Origin: Epiperipatus broadwayi
Taxonomy: Eukaryota; Animalia; Onychophora
Direction: 5' to 3'
NCBI GenBank assembly: GCA_028023455.1
Contig: JAQFVV010000003.1
Span: forward strand, 7,812,001 to 7,876,000
Length of the DNA stretch: 64,000 bases
Under the pieces are notes generated by a model that made no database searches, was not told the origin of the DNA, and saw only the letters and a list, made by a program, of their open reading frames with translations. A program made the translations under genes and the position numbers. This document shows, piece after piece, positions 25,930 to 39,108 of this stretch (within the stretch, counting starts at the first letter, position 1; each line of letters begins with the position of its first letter).

Positions 25930-26579
25930 TGCCATATCTCACCTTGCCTTCAAATAATGGACTAGTCCAGATTCCTTTATCGCCATCGGTTTGTGCATCC
26001 ATTGCCACTAATCAATGTGTATATAAAGAAATAATGCATAATCAATGGTAAGAACAGACCAATAGGCAATGATATGCACTGAATCTGAATGTTTCCAAAA
26101 AGGTTAGGGGTCTAACAATAAATAATCAGCCTTTTTGAAGGTAAGGTCAAAGAATTTAAATCTGATTAATAGTAGCCTGGTTCTCCATATATAGTTAAAG
26201 GGAACCTCCTAACTTGAAAAGCAGTGCTTGTTCTCCAGACTATAGCTATTTATGCTAATGGTTATGCAGTGAGGCAAGTCCATGTTTAGAACTGGAAGCT
26301 ACCAGAATCAAAATCGACTATAGGTAAGCTATCATTACAGCCAGAAGAATCACTGTACCTACTTACGAGGCAGGTTGTCAAGTATAGCTGGAAATCTATA
26401 AGGGCATGTATAAATCCTTCTTCAAAAGTTCACCCTAGAACTGGGAACTATACTTAACCAACAATAGCAGGCAAAGTATAGATATCTATAAATATCAATT
26501 GTAAGTTTGTATTTATATATTAAATATATAAAATGTATGAAGATTCATTTGTTTATATGTATAATTGTGACTAAATACA
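25930..26579 (+). mobile_element. Solo LTR distantly related to the 5399-8977 LTRs
   Basis: Starts tgccatatctcaccttgccttc...ggactagtccagattcc (compare tgtcataactgaccttgccctt...ggactattccagattcc). Shares aaataatcagccttttt, cagtgaggcaagt and tatagctggaa. End boundary approximate. Confidence 0.7.
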
Positions 26580-29500
26580 AATCTTTGAATAATCTTTATG
26601 ATTTTCTACCTTAGTTTCATTTAATAAATGAGTATTTTCTAGTTCATTCTTTATGATTATTGATGAGATTATTAAATAAACCTGATGAGTCAATGTGTTT
26701 CACAATAAATCATACTTTAACATTAAAAGCTAGTTTTAATTTGGGTCATGATTTGATCTGCCTGTAAACTTTGTTGAATACTATTTTTATTTTTAAAATG
26801 CATTTATATATTACTCTATATAAAATTGCTTTTTAATTTTACAAATGATTTAGTGGAACATTTGAATGATGGACATGTGAGCTAAAGCTAGGTTAAATCT
26901 CAAATGTCACATGACCTCCCAAGTTGTACTTCACTATACCTAAAAATAAAAACACCTGATAGTGTACCATTATTCTCCTCCCTTCCCCTTATTGTAAGTA
27001 TTGCCTCATATTTTTAGTACACATTTTTAGTTCAAGTTTTCAATAGATCACAATATTACTCAATTGACTGGAATTATGAGAGATAAGAAGAGATTAAATA
27101 AGTTGGTTAGAGAAAAAAAAAAAAGTTTGGAGTTACGCAAAAATATATACAGCATAAAAGGATACATGACACTAGAGGAAGCTAATTATTGTTTATTGCA
27201 AGGACAGGAGTTTTAGATACCAGGAAAGGAAGTGAAAAAGGTTTGGGCATTTGGATTATAGATGTGATTTATGTAAAGATGGGAGAGTATTTTAGAATAT
27301 AAGAGAGAGACAAAAGTTAAAGGAAATAAAATAGAGATTCCCAAGTCTTTAGTTTAGGTCTTGAAAGCATGAGGATAAAATATTGGAATTAATAAAGCAG
27401 TTTTTATTAAATTGGAATAAAAGAAATGAGTGAAAAATAATTTAGTAAAAAATGAATACAAAGTAAATGAGTATATTTTGATTTATAAGTTTCAGAGAAG
27501 AGGAATATTTGATATGGCTAACATGATCTCCAAGTATATGATTTATACCCAGAAACTTCTTTGTCTAGGAAGAATTCATTTTATATCACATCAATGTCTG
27601 GTGAAAAAATGATATTTTTTGCAAATAGCATAAAAGATATAGTGCTATTATTAGAGAAATATGTAGAGATAGAGACCGATATGAAAATTCAGTGATTCAT
27701 CATTCCAGGATGGAAGCTAGGATATCTTTAAAAAGTATAAAATAAGAAAGTATAGGGCAATTATGATAAAATTAGAATGGGGATGATTAAATTGGTGACA
27801 TGTTTCTTGTGTAACACATGAGATATATAGAACAATTTGAAATGAAATAGTATTACTCATTAATGGTGCAGTTTGATGGATATGCATTGGGTGATGAACT
27901 ATGAACAGTAGATGATGTTATTCAAGAGGAAATAGAATGAATTTTTTGATGAGAGAAATTAAAAGCAAATTATTTAGAAAGTTATAATCTATTAATTAAA
28001 ATAGATTAGTGAAAGTATTGTTTAATTGGATTATGTGGGGGAAAAAAACAACAAACACGATTAGAAATGTAGTATAATATGCAAAATTGGAGAATTTACA
28101 TCTATGCATTTGCATGAGAAATAAGATGTCTGCAGAATACATCATAGATGCATAAGTACGAATGGTAGGAAAAGAACTTAAATAAAAAATAGATATGAAA
28201 AATGAATAATATATATTAAATCACTGTCCCATACCTTATCAACTGGCTGCTTAAGATTTGGATTTTTATATATTTATTCACAGGGAGTGTAGCTGAAATT
28301 CCCTAATGTTTGGGAGAGTAATTTGATATTTACTTTCATTAGCATTATGCAGTGAAATTATTTTCATTTATAGATATATGAAATAATGCATAAAGCTAAC
28401 ACATGGAATTTATTATTATTTGATTCAAGAATAAAAGCATTGAACATAAAAATAAGGTAAAAATTGATTAATAATTGGATTATAATTTAGGAAAGCAATG
28501 AATATTTATTTTTGAACTATAAGACATTGAAAGAGGTTAAGCAAAACATAGAGTAACATAAAAGATGAAAGAGCTAAAGAAGTAGAGATTTTTTTTTTTA
28601 CAAGAACTGAAAACATGAGGATATTGAAATGAACAAAACATTTTTTATTAAAATGGATAAAAAAGAAATGAGTCAGTGCTGAGAGAAGGATTTGGTAACA
28701 ATGAATAAGAAAGTATATGAGTTAGTATTCTATGGTATGTAATGTTTTCAAAGTTATGTAATGTTTAATTTAACAATATCTCAAGACACATGGCCTATGC
28801 ACTGAAACTTCTGACATTGTTTAATGAGCCATTTTTCTTCACATCATTAGTGATACATAGATTAAAATATTTCTGAGAGAATAAATATTTAACTTGACTA
28901 ACAGGATCTCTGGGCATATAGCTTATACACAGAAATTTCTGATCTAATCTAAGAAGTCATTTATTTCACTTCACAATTTAGATAATGGATTTATATGTGT
29001 ATGTTTAGTAGTTAAAATTATGAAGAGCAAATAACTATTATGGATTTTCTGTGTGCCAAAGACATTCTACACAGAGAAATATTTCTTGCTTAGGATTAAC
29101 AATGTCAGTTGCTTCAAATTATTTCTACATATCAAAATTCTTCACGAGGATTTTCAAAAATATAGAAATAGTTGAGGCAAAAATAAAAATTCTATGTTGC
29201 TGGTTTTAAGGAATGGATAAACAATGGAAGCAGATTTAAATTGAAATATATATTCTTTTTAGATTTATATTTTAATCATTTTTTTTTCTGTAATCATTCA
29301 TATGCTGTTTATTGATTTTTTCCTCATATTAATTTTGTTTTAATTCATATTTTCTTCTTCCAGCTTTCATTTCACTAGTAAATTAAAACTCATAGTTTCT
29401 ATAATTGCTTTTTACTAGAACATGATTTTTAACTATACATGTGTTTTTTTTAAAGAGCATGGAAGTAATATCTTTTATATCTTTATCAGTTTCTGCTCTG

Positions 29501-29582
29501 CCTAACATATGGAAACATTAACAATCCTGATGAGTCATACAAAAAAAAAAAAACATTTGAAGATTGCCATATACTCATTTAC

Positions 29583-29800
29583 TGATGAATATGAGATAGC
29601 TTTTTGAAAAATTCTTCAGTGACCTGAAAATTTTCTATCCCTGATTTGGATTTGAATCCTAGTTCATTGTTATCTAGCCATTTGTAAGTACTCAAAAATA
29701 CTCTAACTAGACTAATATTTTCCATAATAGTTGAAAAATTTGCCATAAAATCTTCCAAATTTTTAACGACTTGTTTTATTTTCTTCAAAAAGTTACATCT
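29583..29800 (-). other. Candidate orphan coding exon or transposase fragment of unknown identity
   Basis: 72 open codons (RCNFLKKIKQVVKNLEDFMANFSTIMENISLVRVFLSTYKWLDNNELGFKSK...) bounded by ttattttag| and |gtaaat. No partner exon identified. Confidence 0.25.
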
Positions 29801-32499
29801 CTAAAATAAACTACAGTCACAATCTATATACAGCTCCAGGCTGTGCACATTTAAATATTTTAATCCCATTATTAAAAAAATTAACTAGCAAAATTTAGCA
29901 GGTTAGAAAAATTGTCTTACTTTAATTTTGCTTAAGAAAAAAAATAGGCAATTGAGATATATTTCTCATAATTTACTGTCAGTCAAGCTAAATCCCATGG
30001 CAAATGCATTTCTTCAGATTCTTTATTTTGTATAACATACTTAGAATCTTTGTTTACTCTTTTTTTGCATATAGTTCTACTTTGCGAGTATTAAATTGTA
30101 TAAATACTCATATATTATTTGCAGTACACAGAGTTCATTAACAAAACTTTTAGTTCTGTATTTGAATAATTATATAAATCAATTATCCAAATGCCTATAA
30201 TCATAATTTATTACATTCCATATTTACTAACTTACATATATTTTCATCAAAATAAATTTAATATTTATTCAGGATTCTAAAATTAAAGTAAGAGATTCAT
30301 TTATATTTTGCTCATTAAATTAATATTTTGTCACATTTCTTTCCACTGAGAAACAGTAGTTCATCCTTTTTATATCTATCCTATATATATATAATGATGA
30401 GTGAAATAGAAAAAAACTAATAGTGTAATTCACTAAAAATCCCAGATGTAAATTTCTATCTGGCCAACCTTAGGAAAAAGAAGAAACTTGTTAAAAATCT
30501 TGCAAAAACAATATCTGTAGTGAAAAAAATACAGTATTCTGAAGAAGTATTAATAATTATTTGTATTTAACAATAAACTTGCTCTGGCACAATGAAATAT
30601 ATGTTAAAGAAAAAAGAATAATGTTGCATTGTACGAAAAAATTAATGCAGACTTATTTAATGTGGGAAAAGTAGAATTTAATTTTGTAAGTAATTTTGTA
30701 AGATATATACATGTAACATATAGTTTTTTTTCTTTAAATTAAATGTCCTAGAACCTTTATGTAGGTAACGGAAATAATGATTTTGTGTAGAGCATTAGAT
30801 TGTGACTGAAACTTGGGAAAAGTTTAAGATATTTTAATTTTTTTTTTTGTTTTGGAAGAAAATAATTTGAAAGCATTAATAGTCTTTCTTTTCTTTGACA
30901 ATAAATCTGCTTTCAGAAATAGAAGTTAAAAATACACATCTACCCAAAAAGTTTTGCAAAACATCCTGATGATTTATGTAACATTTCAAATCAGGAGAAT
31001 TTTAAATCATACATATATGTCATTCGTTTTTAATTTTAGCCAATTTCAAAAAATATCCTATATATATTGCATGGAAAGAAGTGTTGGAAACAAATATTTT
31101 TCCATAACTCTCCTAAGAGTGTGGGTGAGCAAAGCGAACCCCAGAGTTGGGGTGACAAAGGCAATATGGAGACTATGCCCCCCTATATATATATATATAA
31201 GCAATAAATGTTTGTATTCCTTCTTAATTTTTCATAAAATAATATTGATTAATAATATCAGTATATTTTATTCTAGTAAAAATAACATTTATTGAATTCT
31301 TCTTGAAAAACTTTATCTATTTTGTTACATTTAGTAGCTTTTCTGATAATTCTGTCTCATATCATTTTTTATCTTTCTAATTCATTTTCTTTTTTGCTTT
31401 TCTACTTACCTTGCTCAGATTGGTAAATGTATATAAAAATTAATCGTCTTTTAACATGCTCCAAACATATAAGCTGACTTTTTTTGTATATCATCTATTA
31501 TATTTCTCAAATTACCTCACTTTATACTTTATGTAACCTACTTTTCAACATTTTCTTCATTAAAAAGTTCACTGCAGTAGGCAATCATTTTTGTAATATT
31601 ACTTTTACTGACATCATACATCTTTGCTCCATTATATTCTGTAACAATCCTATATATAACTTTTATTTTCTCTTTTTATCCAATTATCACATGAAACCTA
31701 AATTCTTGTAACATTATATCTTACATGCTCCTCCCAAATCTGTTATTTCTTTTCATGTCTCCTAATTTTCCAAAATCCGATTCTTAAATCATTTTATAAG
31801 TAAATATTTATGTTTTCTTACATTCAGTTTCATCTCTGAAATGTAATAATCATAAAGCTTAGAACTTCCTCATCTTCTACAATTTCAGCACAATCATTTA
31901 TCACTTTTATTCTTGCAACTCCCTACATTAGTTCTGCAGAAATGAAACTAAATTTATTTAAAGAATGCATAGATAATAAGTTACACCTCTCATAGTTCTT
32001 TATCTAATTTATATTAATTTTTCCCAACTTCTATTCTGACCATATTATTTTCACAATGGCTGCTTTAAGTAATGTAAGATTTTTCCCCCCCTATCTTTCA
32101 TCTTTTTCATAACTATATTAACAGCTTTTGCACTATCAGTTATTGCATAATGCACACAAGATAATGCTCCACTTTATCAGAAATATGCACATAACATCTA
32201 CATCGAGAATTATGTTGAGCAGAATATCAATCTATTTATAGCACTTATATATATTTCTGATGAATTCACAGCTTTATTAAGTTATCATATATTGCTTAAA
32301 TTAAATATTTTTGTGTTAATTAAATATCTACATATAATTAATGCTTGTGCTTAATTTTTTAAAATTGTTTTAACATACATTACTATTATTATTGTTTTAA
32401 TTTCGCTTATAAGTTTTGTGTTGTTAAAATATTTTACCAATCTTTCAAAATATAAATTTATTATTGCTACTATTGTTACATGTTGATTAGTAGGGTGTT

Positions 32500-33450
32500 A
32501 GAAAAGGGAGTTAATTCTTTATTTCTATGGTTGTGTATCTGTATTGAAGATCCTGAGTGTGTTTTGTTGCTTGTTGTGTTGATATTTTCCTAGAACGTCT
32601 TATGTGATGAGTTGAATTTGAAGCATTGGGTCCTAGGCAGTTGTGGTATAGTGAAAAGGTTCCATGTATCTTCGAACCGGGCTTTTGAAGCAAGGATTTC
32701 ATCTCTTTTCTTCATTTTGATTAGTTTTTGTATGAAGTGTCCTCATTCAGTTGTGGCGTTGTGAAAATTTTCATGCACATAACTGTCCAAATAGCATATG
32801 TTAAAAAAATATCGAGTCTAATCACTGCTATTGTTCTGGTTTTTAGGCAGTCTTTTAATGAAAGAATTTTGTAGTAATCAATCTTTGAGTGGTCAAAGAT
32901 AATTTTCCTGATATTTCCCAGCCCTATACAGTTGAATATAATTTGATGAAATGTTTCTTCTTGTCTCTTGCAGTTGATGCAGATTGGATCTATTTTTGTC
33001 ATTTGTCTTTTATAGAATAGAAAAGTGTTGGTAGGCATTGCCTCCAAGTTGATTTTTATTATAAAGTCAAGATACTTAGGTTCCATATTCCAGAATTTGA
33101 AAAGTGATGTGATTCTTTTATTATTAATGCCAAGTTTCGAGTCACCAGTTTTAACATTCTGGTTGAGGAGTTTGTATGCATCCCAGATTTTAAGTTTCTT
33201 ATCGAATAGTTCCTTTGTGAGAGACATGTGAGTGTTGAGTAGTTCAATAATGGTACCAATCTTGCATAATAGTTTTGTTGATATATGTATTTATTAGTGC
33301 AAATTAAATATCACATATTCTGCCTATACATTATTTTTAAGAAGAAAATCTATTTTTCCTACTCCAATTTTGAGACTCACATAAGCTTGAATAATCTATA
33401 GATGCTCAATATCATCCGGCATATATTGATCAGGAGTAGGAGAAATAAAT
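32500..33450 (-). mobile_element. 3' fragment of an L1/Tx1-like LINE (zinc-binding zf-RVT domain)
   Basis: ORF 32721-33227 contains CINCKRQEETFHQIIFNC, the C-x2-C...E(E)T..H..F.C motif after the RT of L1/Tx1 elements. Confidence 0.7.
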
Positions 33451-33663
33451 TTGTTATTGAAAATAAAGTAATTTATTTGATGGCAATATTTAATTCACAG
33501 CAGAAGCTATTCACCAATGAGTATTGGCTTTAACACTCCTTCAAAGAGTAGACTCTCTGAGAGTTAAAAACACAGAAACTGAGTACACTAAACCGACCAA
33601 CATGTAGAAAAAAAAAGTCAAAATTTAGCATTTATGTTCACGTTTTCATATAAAATAGTTAAT

Positions 33664-33860
33664 AAACAGGCAAAACTTTCCATACAGTAGTCTGGGGATA
33701 TTGGATGAGTAGGCACTAGATGGGGATTTTATGCACAAGCCTTCTGGCATCCATTGATTATTCTGGTTGGCACAGGGTGGTACTACTATATGGAGAGTTT
33801 TGCCTGTTTAATATCAGTTATGTGCTAGCATAAAAGATGGTGATCGTGTGATGTTTGGTG
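33664..33860. mobile_element. Truncated hammerhead fold-back family member (copy 4): short inverted segment plus direct arm starting at the ribozyme cleavage site
   Basis: 33692-33810 matches 855-965 of copy 1; 33664-33691 is the reverse complement of 33782-33809. Confidence 0.8.
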
Positions 33861-33949
33861 ATATAAAATAGTTCATATATAATGAAATATTGTAGAACAT
33901 AACTTAAAAATAATAACAAAACTCAATAATAATTAGTTATTTTTTCACT

Positions 33950-35900
33950 TCATTTATTAATCCAAATTTTATAAACTGCTTTTCTGTCAAGATATAATGC
34001 TTAATTTTTATTAAATTATCCAAATGTTCGTTTTCTAGTTTATTACATAATTTTGATTTTATTGCTTTCATTAAACTAAAACCAGGTTCACAATCGGTGC
34101 TGGAATACCAAAAGTTCTTTATATTCGTGGTCTTTTAAGACTTATGTAGCTAAATTACTAAATGACTGATTACTTTAATTTTACATTTACTACTAATTCC
34201 ATATTGCCATATTGTTTTAAAATTGTACTATTTATTAAAGATTCATATTTTACAAATAAACATTTTATTCTATATTTTCCACTCTCTATGTTTAAATTAT
34301 TTTTCATTATAAAAGGATCCAAGGCATTCCAGTCACTTATATCTCCTCTGAAAATCTAGTATCCAAATGATTACAAAGCAGTTGAATAAATTTAAGTATT
34401 GGCCAAATATCTATATAACCATTGGAATATAAAATTGTTTGAACATCCACACTCTGGCAGATATTATCCAGATATTGCATTCTTAGTTCATTAATTTTTG
34501 TTTTTGCAAATTAGTGTGCCTCCATTGAAGATAATTGATGCTAATAATTCCGCAAATACATTTTGAAGAATCACACATGCTATTCAATATTGTAGGTTTT
34601 TAAGAGTTTTTTAAACATTATTTATTTCTTAGATCACTATATTGTTCAACTTGTGCTGTGCAGTAACTTATTAAAATATCATAATTTATTACCAGAGAAT
34701 TTAGTATGAAATATCTAAATACCTAATTGAGAGGTCTGTATGATACAAAATCAATTTCTAAAATGTTAGCCAATTCTTTAAGTTTTTCAATTCTTATAGA
34801 TGATCTACTAAATATTGTATACATTATCCTTAAAAGTGTTTCAATATCCTTAATAAATGGAATTTGTTTCCATGCATCATTTATTCCCAAGATCTTCACT
34901 GTGAGTCACACAGTACTGTTGAACTAAATGTGAAATATCATCTCATAGACAAGTTGCCACACCGTTTGTTTTTCCTAATATTATACAGATAAACATAACC
35001 ATTTTTAAAAATCAAAATTTTTTTATCCCTATTACAACAGAATAACTATCACATGCAATAAGCTTAGTAATGCTGACAAATTTTATCTGGATTCAAATTT
35101 TGATCAGTATTCTATAATTTTTTGTTTTTTTACCGAAATATCTGTACTTTTATCAACAATGAAGCAAAGATGTTTGAACTTCATCAATAATCTCCTTATG
35201 TATGATTAAATGTGTACATTCTATAAATTTGAATGAATAATTTTTGCTATGCCATGATTCAGGATTATTAACATATTTTCCTCCATGATTATGTATAGAT
35301 TGCACAGAAAGCATTGTCAACTCGATGGTAATTGCTAGGATAATATTGACTTTTAGAATTTTAATCATATTTTTCTTCGTTTTCTTGCACTCAGCGTTTT
35401 CTAATCTGAGATTATGATTTAGGGCCTTCAATTAAACTTCTCAAAAATGCCTCCTTGATTTTATTTTGGATAGCAATAACTGAATCAGTCTGAACTTTTT
35501 GATTAAATGTCAAATAGTCTATTTTCCATTTAGTCTATTTTTTTACTGGCAATAAATTCACCTTTTAAATTTGACTGACAGAAAATTTTGTAAGTGATAT
35601 CATCTGTATTGCTCTGATAACTAAAAATATCCCCAAGTTTAATATAGTAGTTATAATTTTTGATAACGATGGTATTTCAGTTTCAACCGATCAGGAAAGA
35701 TATTTAAATTTTTCTTATTTTTAGATTGACTTGAGAAAGATTATATGATTTACTGAACATTTCAACATTCATAGAGCTTAAAATAAAATATTTATATTAT
35801 GATTTTTTTTTTTTTAAATTATAATAATAAAACAAGTCTCATTGCACTCAAGCTGCACAATAATTATCAGCAGAGCTGTTATGTATAGGCTGAAATGTAA
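33950..35900 (-). mobile_element. Degraded hAT-superfamily transposase (ZNF862-like type)
   Basis: Minus strand in order: IVDKSTDISVK (first catalytic D region, ~35128-35160), GVATCL...YCVTHSEDLGINDA (CxxH, ~34870-34965), and STDCEPGFSLMKAIKSKLCNKL (dimerisation motif, ~34040-34105). Confidence 0.8.
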
Positions 35901-36797
35901 TAATTGAAACTACTGATAGTTGTTTTGGGTGGGACACACATTATTAAACTGAAATCCACATAGCAATATCCCTGCCACCACTTCTATCAAAATTATTCAT
36001 CTTGATTCAATTATATGTGCTTAAATGTAAAAACAAATGGATGAACATTTCAAATATTGAAATGTCTGGAATGTACAGAAACCGTTGAGTAGTGCACAGA
36101 TTTTCAAAATTGCGTAGCTTAGAGAGAACATTGTCATAATTTGTGAGTGATTAAGGATCATTTTACAAAACCATGGGGTTTTTTCCAGCAATACATTCAG
36201 AATAAAAATATTGTCCATTGTTAATAAACTATACTTCAAACAAACAATGCAGATATTTACATAAAATTATAATTTCTTAGTACATTAATGACCATGGAAG
36301 AAAAAAAAAATTGGGATAAGACTCGACAAGATTTGTAATGCTAAATAAGTTGGGTTGTTCTATGTTTTAAATGTTATAGTAATAAAATATATACTACAAT
36401 TATACTTTAGAATAAACAATAATATCAATTATTATTTCATGCTTTTTGATCGCAAATCTTTTTGATGTGGGATGCGAAATCAATCCATATCTTGAAAGCA
36501 CTGCATTAATGTCTGAACTAACAAACCTTAAACTTATATAATTATTATCACTGTTAAGTCAGAATTAATTATAGAAAAATATGATAATAGCAAAAATATG
36601 TTTTTTTTTTTCATCCTTTTCTTAAAAATAAAAATTTTGTCTGGGTAAATATTACTAAGTACTTTTTTAAAATTTTATACAATAGCATTCCAAACTTTCA
36701 CATGGATATCTAAAATCATAAATAATAGCAAACCTTACATAAAATTTACATATATATTCATACTTATAATTTTACTATAATAAATAATATATATTAA

Positions 36798-36922
36798 GGC
36801 TACAACCGTTAGAAGTGTACCTAAAAAATGACAGTTGGGACCTCTACAAATCTTAATACAAGATTTATTTGTAGAGATCCCTACTGTCGTTTTTTTAGGC
36901 ACATGGTCTTACGGTTATAGCC
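36798..36922. mobile_element. 125-bp hairpin MITE, PIF/Harbinger (Tourist)-like ends
   Basis: taa|GGCTACAACCGT...ACGGTTATAGCC|tta; the whole element folds back on itself. Superfamily inferred from GGC ends and TWA flanks. Confidence 0.7.
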
Positions 36923-36996
36923 TTAATATATATCACTTTAAGTAACGAATGTGCGCTTTACAAATTTAATTATAATAAATAATCTATGTCTGTGAT

Positions 36997-37112
36997 ATAA
37001 AAGGGAATAAACTTTCAGTCATGCGCTTTTCAAGAATTTACATGCACTCACCTGTAAGCATCAATTTAAATTCTTGAAAAGTGCATGTTCAAAGGTTTAT
37101 TTCCATTTTTAT
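36997..37112. repeat. Imperfect 116-bp palindrome (MITE-like)
   Basis: catgcgcttttcaagaattta ... taaattcttgaaaagtgcatg, with outer arms ataaaagggaataa / ttatttccattttat. Confidence 0.7.
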
Positions 37113-38250
37113 GTTATAAACTATAATTTTTAAAATGTATTCATTATGACATCAACAAAAATAATTAAGCAGTTAAATAGAACAATAGTTGTGCCTAACC
37201 ATTTGCCAGTAAGACAAGGGAATATCTGAGAAATGATTCACAATAGAATACATCCAGGCAGGCAGGCACATGCCTAAAATTTATGAATTAAAATTTTCAT
37301 TATTTCAATTTTTTTATTTTTACTATTTTTTGAATCTAAAAATGGTGAGTTTACAATTGTATAATGGCTATTGTGTTATTTGATTTGTAATTTGCTTTTT
37401 ATATATGAATTTTCCCATTTAATATAAAAAATTCTTGATAAGTATATTTGAAACATTAATAAACAAATTACAACCAACATAGAGGAAATGAATACAAACA
37501 GAAGAATAAAGGAAGAAAAAGACCTGTAATCTTATCAAATTCCCAAGTTTCCAATGAATCAATAGAGATAGTAAAACAATAAAATTTCGATACCTTTGTA
37601 AATATTCCAAAATATCTATTTACAGTGGCTAATTATTTTAAAAGTTTTATAAAAAATTTTTAAAAAGGTGAAAAATAAGATTTTTTATAGCGTATAATTT
37701 TTAGTTATGCTTTATTATTATATGATGTAACTTTAAACTGGAGATATTGCAGTAAAATATATTAAGAGAATGGAAAGCAAAGGCAAATTACCACTGATGG
37801 TGTTAAGTATTATCACTTGAACATCGTATTCTATTGCCAAACTACGCCAATTTGCTTTATGGCAAAAAAAAACTTAATATACATAACTTTTAGTATAAAA
37901 CAATGAGCATTGTATTATTTTTAAGAATTTTTCTTAAGTCGCCTCTTACAATTTGGTTAATATTCTTATAGTTCTTTCCATAGTATTAAAAAAAAGATAT
38001 ACTTTCTACGTGACATTTAAAAACCAACAATTTAAATACATTTTAAAGTTAAAATTGAATAACTATACTATTATTATTCACTTCCAATATTATACTGTTA
38101 ATAAAAAATCACAATTTTATTTTTTAATTACTATATGGAAAATTGTATCTAAAACATACAAATTAGAAAACATTCTGATTTAATTAATTACAAAATGGAA
38201 TTTACAATGAAAACCTTTATGAAATATAGGATTATGCAAATCAAAACAAT

Positions 38251-39108
38251 TCACATATTTTTAATTTCTTCCCAATCTTCTGCCCGCGGAAAACTAAGTC
38301 CATTTCCCGGAAGTTTAGATGGAATGAAAGGAATAGAAAATGCTAAAATCCAGTGATGTCCTAGTATTTCAATAATATTTTTTTTCCATCCAAGATTATA
38401 TTTAGTTATCGCTTTACGTCTCTCATATTCAGTCTGACCAGAATAAATCAATAAACACTGTTTATACAATAAGTAAGAAGTAAGCATAATAACAACAGAA
38501 TTTAAAGTCAAATAGGATGCTATAAAAAATCCAGTAATTCCGAAATATCCAAATAGCATGGAAAAATGTGGAACTATTAAAAAAAGTAAAGACGGAAAAG
38601 TAAAGCCACCTAAAATATCCCAACAATAACTCCAATGAAAAAACATGCAGTAAATACAACTAAACCAAATATATGTTATTAAAACTAAATAGAATCTTTG
38701 GTTAAAGTAGCCAACGCAATACCCAATAAACGAACAGTGGTGATCGCGCTTAAGAATGCATTCTTGGCAATCTGGGCAATGATAAGAGCGAGGTGGAGAA
38801 TTGATTTGACACAGATGACAATAATTCCAATCAGGTTTAAGAATTGTCGGTAAATCTCCACGAGATGCTCCGGTGTTTTTACGGAGAAGCATCCAAATAT
38901 TTCCAATTATGTTGAATAAAAAATAAACACCCATAAATAAATGAAAAATAGCTTTCCAATTAAGATTTGGATAGTAAGATGGTAAAACTGCGAAAATTTC
39001 AAAACAAAATACAAATGGTATTCCGAATATAAGAAGTCCAAAATGAAAACGATCCCTATAATTTTGGGGCAAAATTTGTTTTCTACAGATATGAGAAATC
39101 GAACCCAT
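38251..39108 (-). CDS. ZDHHC24: DHHC palmitoyltransferase, ZDHHC24-like, single coding exon, 285 aa
   Basis: Intact ORF with cysteine-rich domain CHLCQINSPPRSYHCPDCQECILKRDHHCSFIGYCVG, four hydrophobic segments, and C-terminal YNLGWKKN...LPGNGLSF resembling ZDHHC24. AATAAA on the minus strand near 38116-38121. Paralogue assignment is from remembered similarity only. Confidence 0.9.
   Translation of the reverse strand: MGSISHICRKQILPQNYRDRFHFGLLIFGIPFVFCFEIFAVLPSYYPNLNWKAIFHLFMGVYFLFNIIGNIWMLLRKNTGASRGDLPTILKPDWNYCHLCQINSPPRSYHCPDCQECILKRDHHCSFIGYCVGYFNQRFYLVLITYIWFSCIYCMFFHWSYCWDILGGFTFPSLLFLIVPHFSMLFGYFGITGFFIASYLTLNSVVIMLTSYLLYKQCLLIYSGQTEYERRKAITKYNLGWKKNIIEILGHHWILAFSIPFIPSKLPGNGLSFPRAEDWEEIKNM

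Noticed and set aside
31110-31190. GC-rich motif gggtgagcaaagcgaacccc...ggggtg...gccccc
   Set aside because: Probably a decayed DNA-transposon or Helitron-like internal motif; no termini or second copy in the window to support a call.
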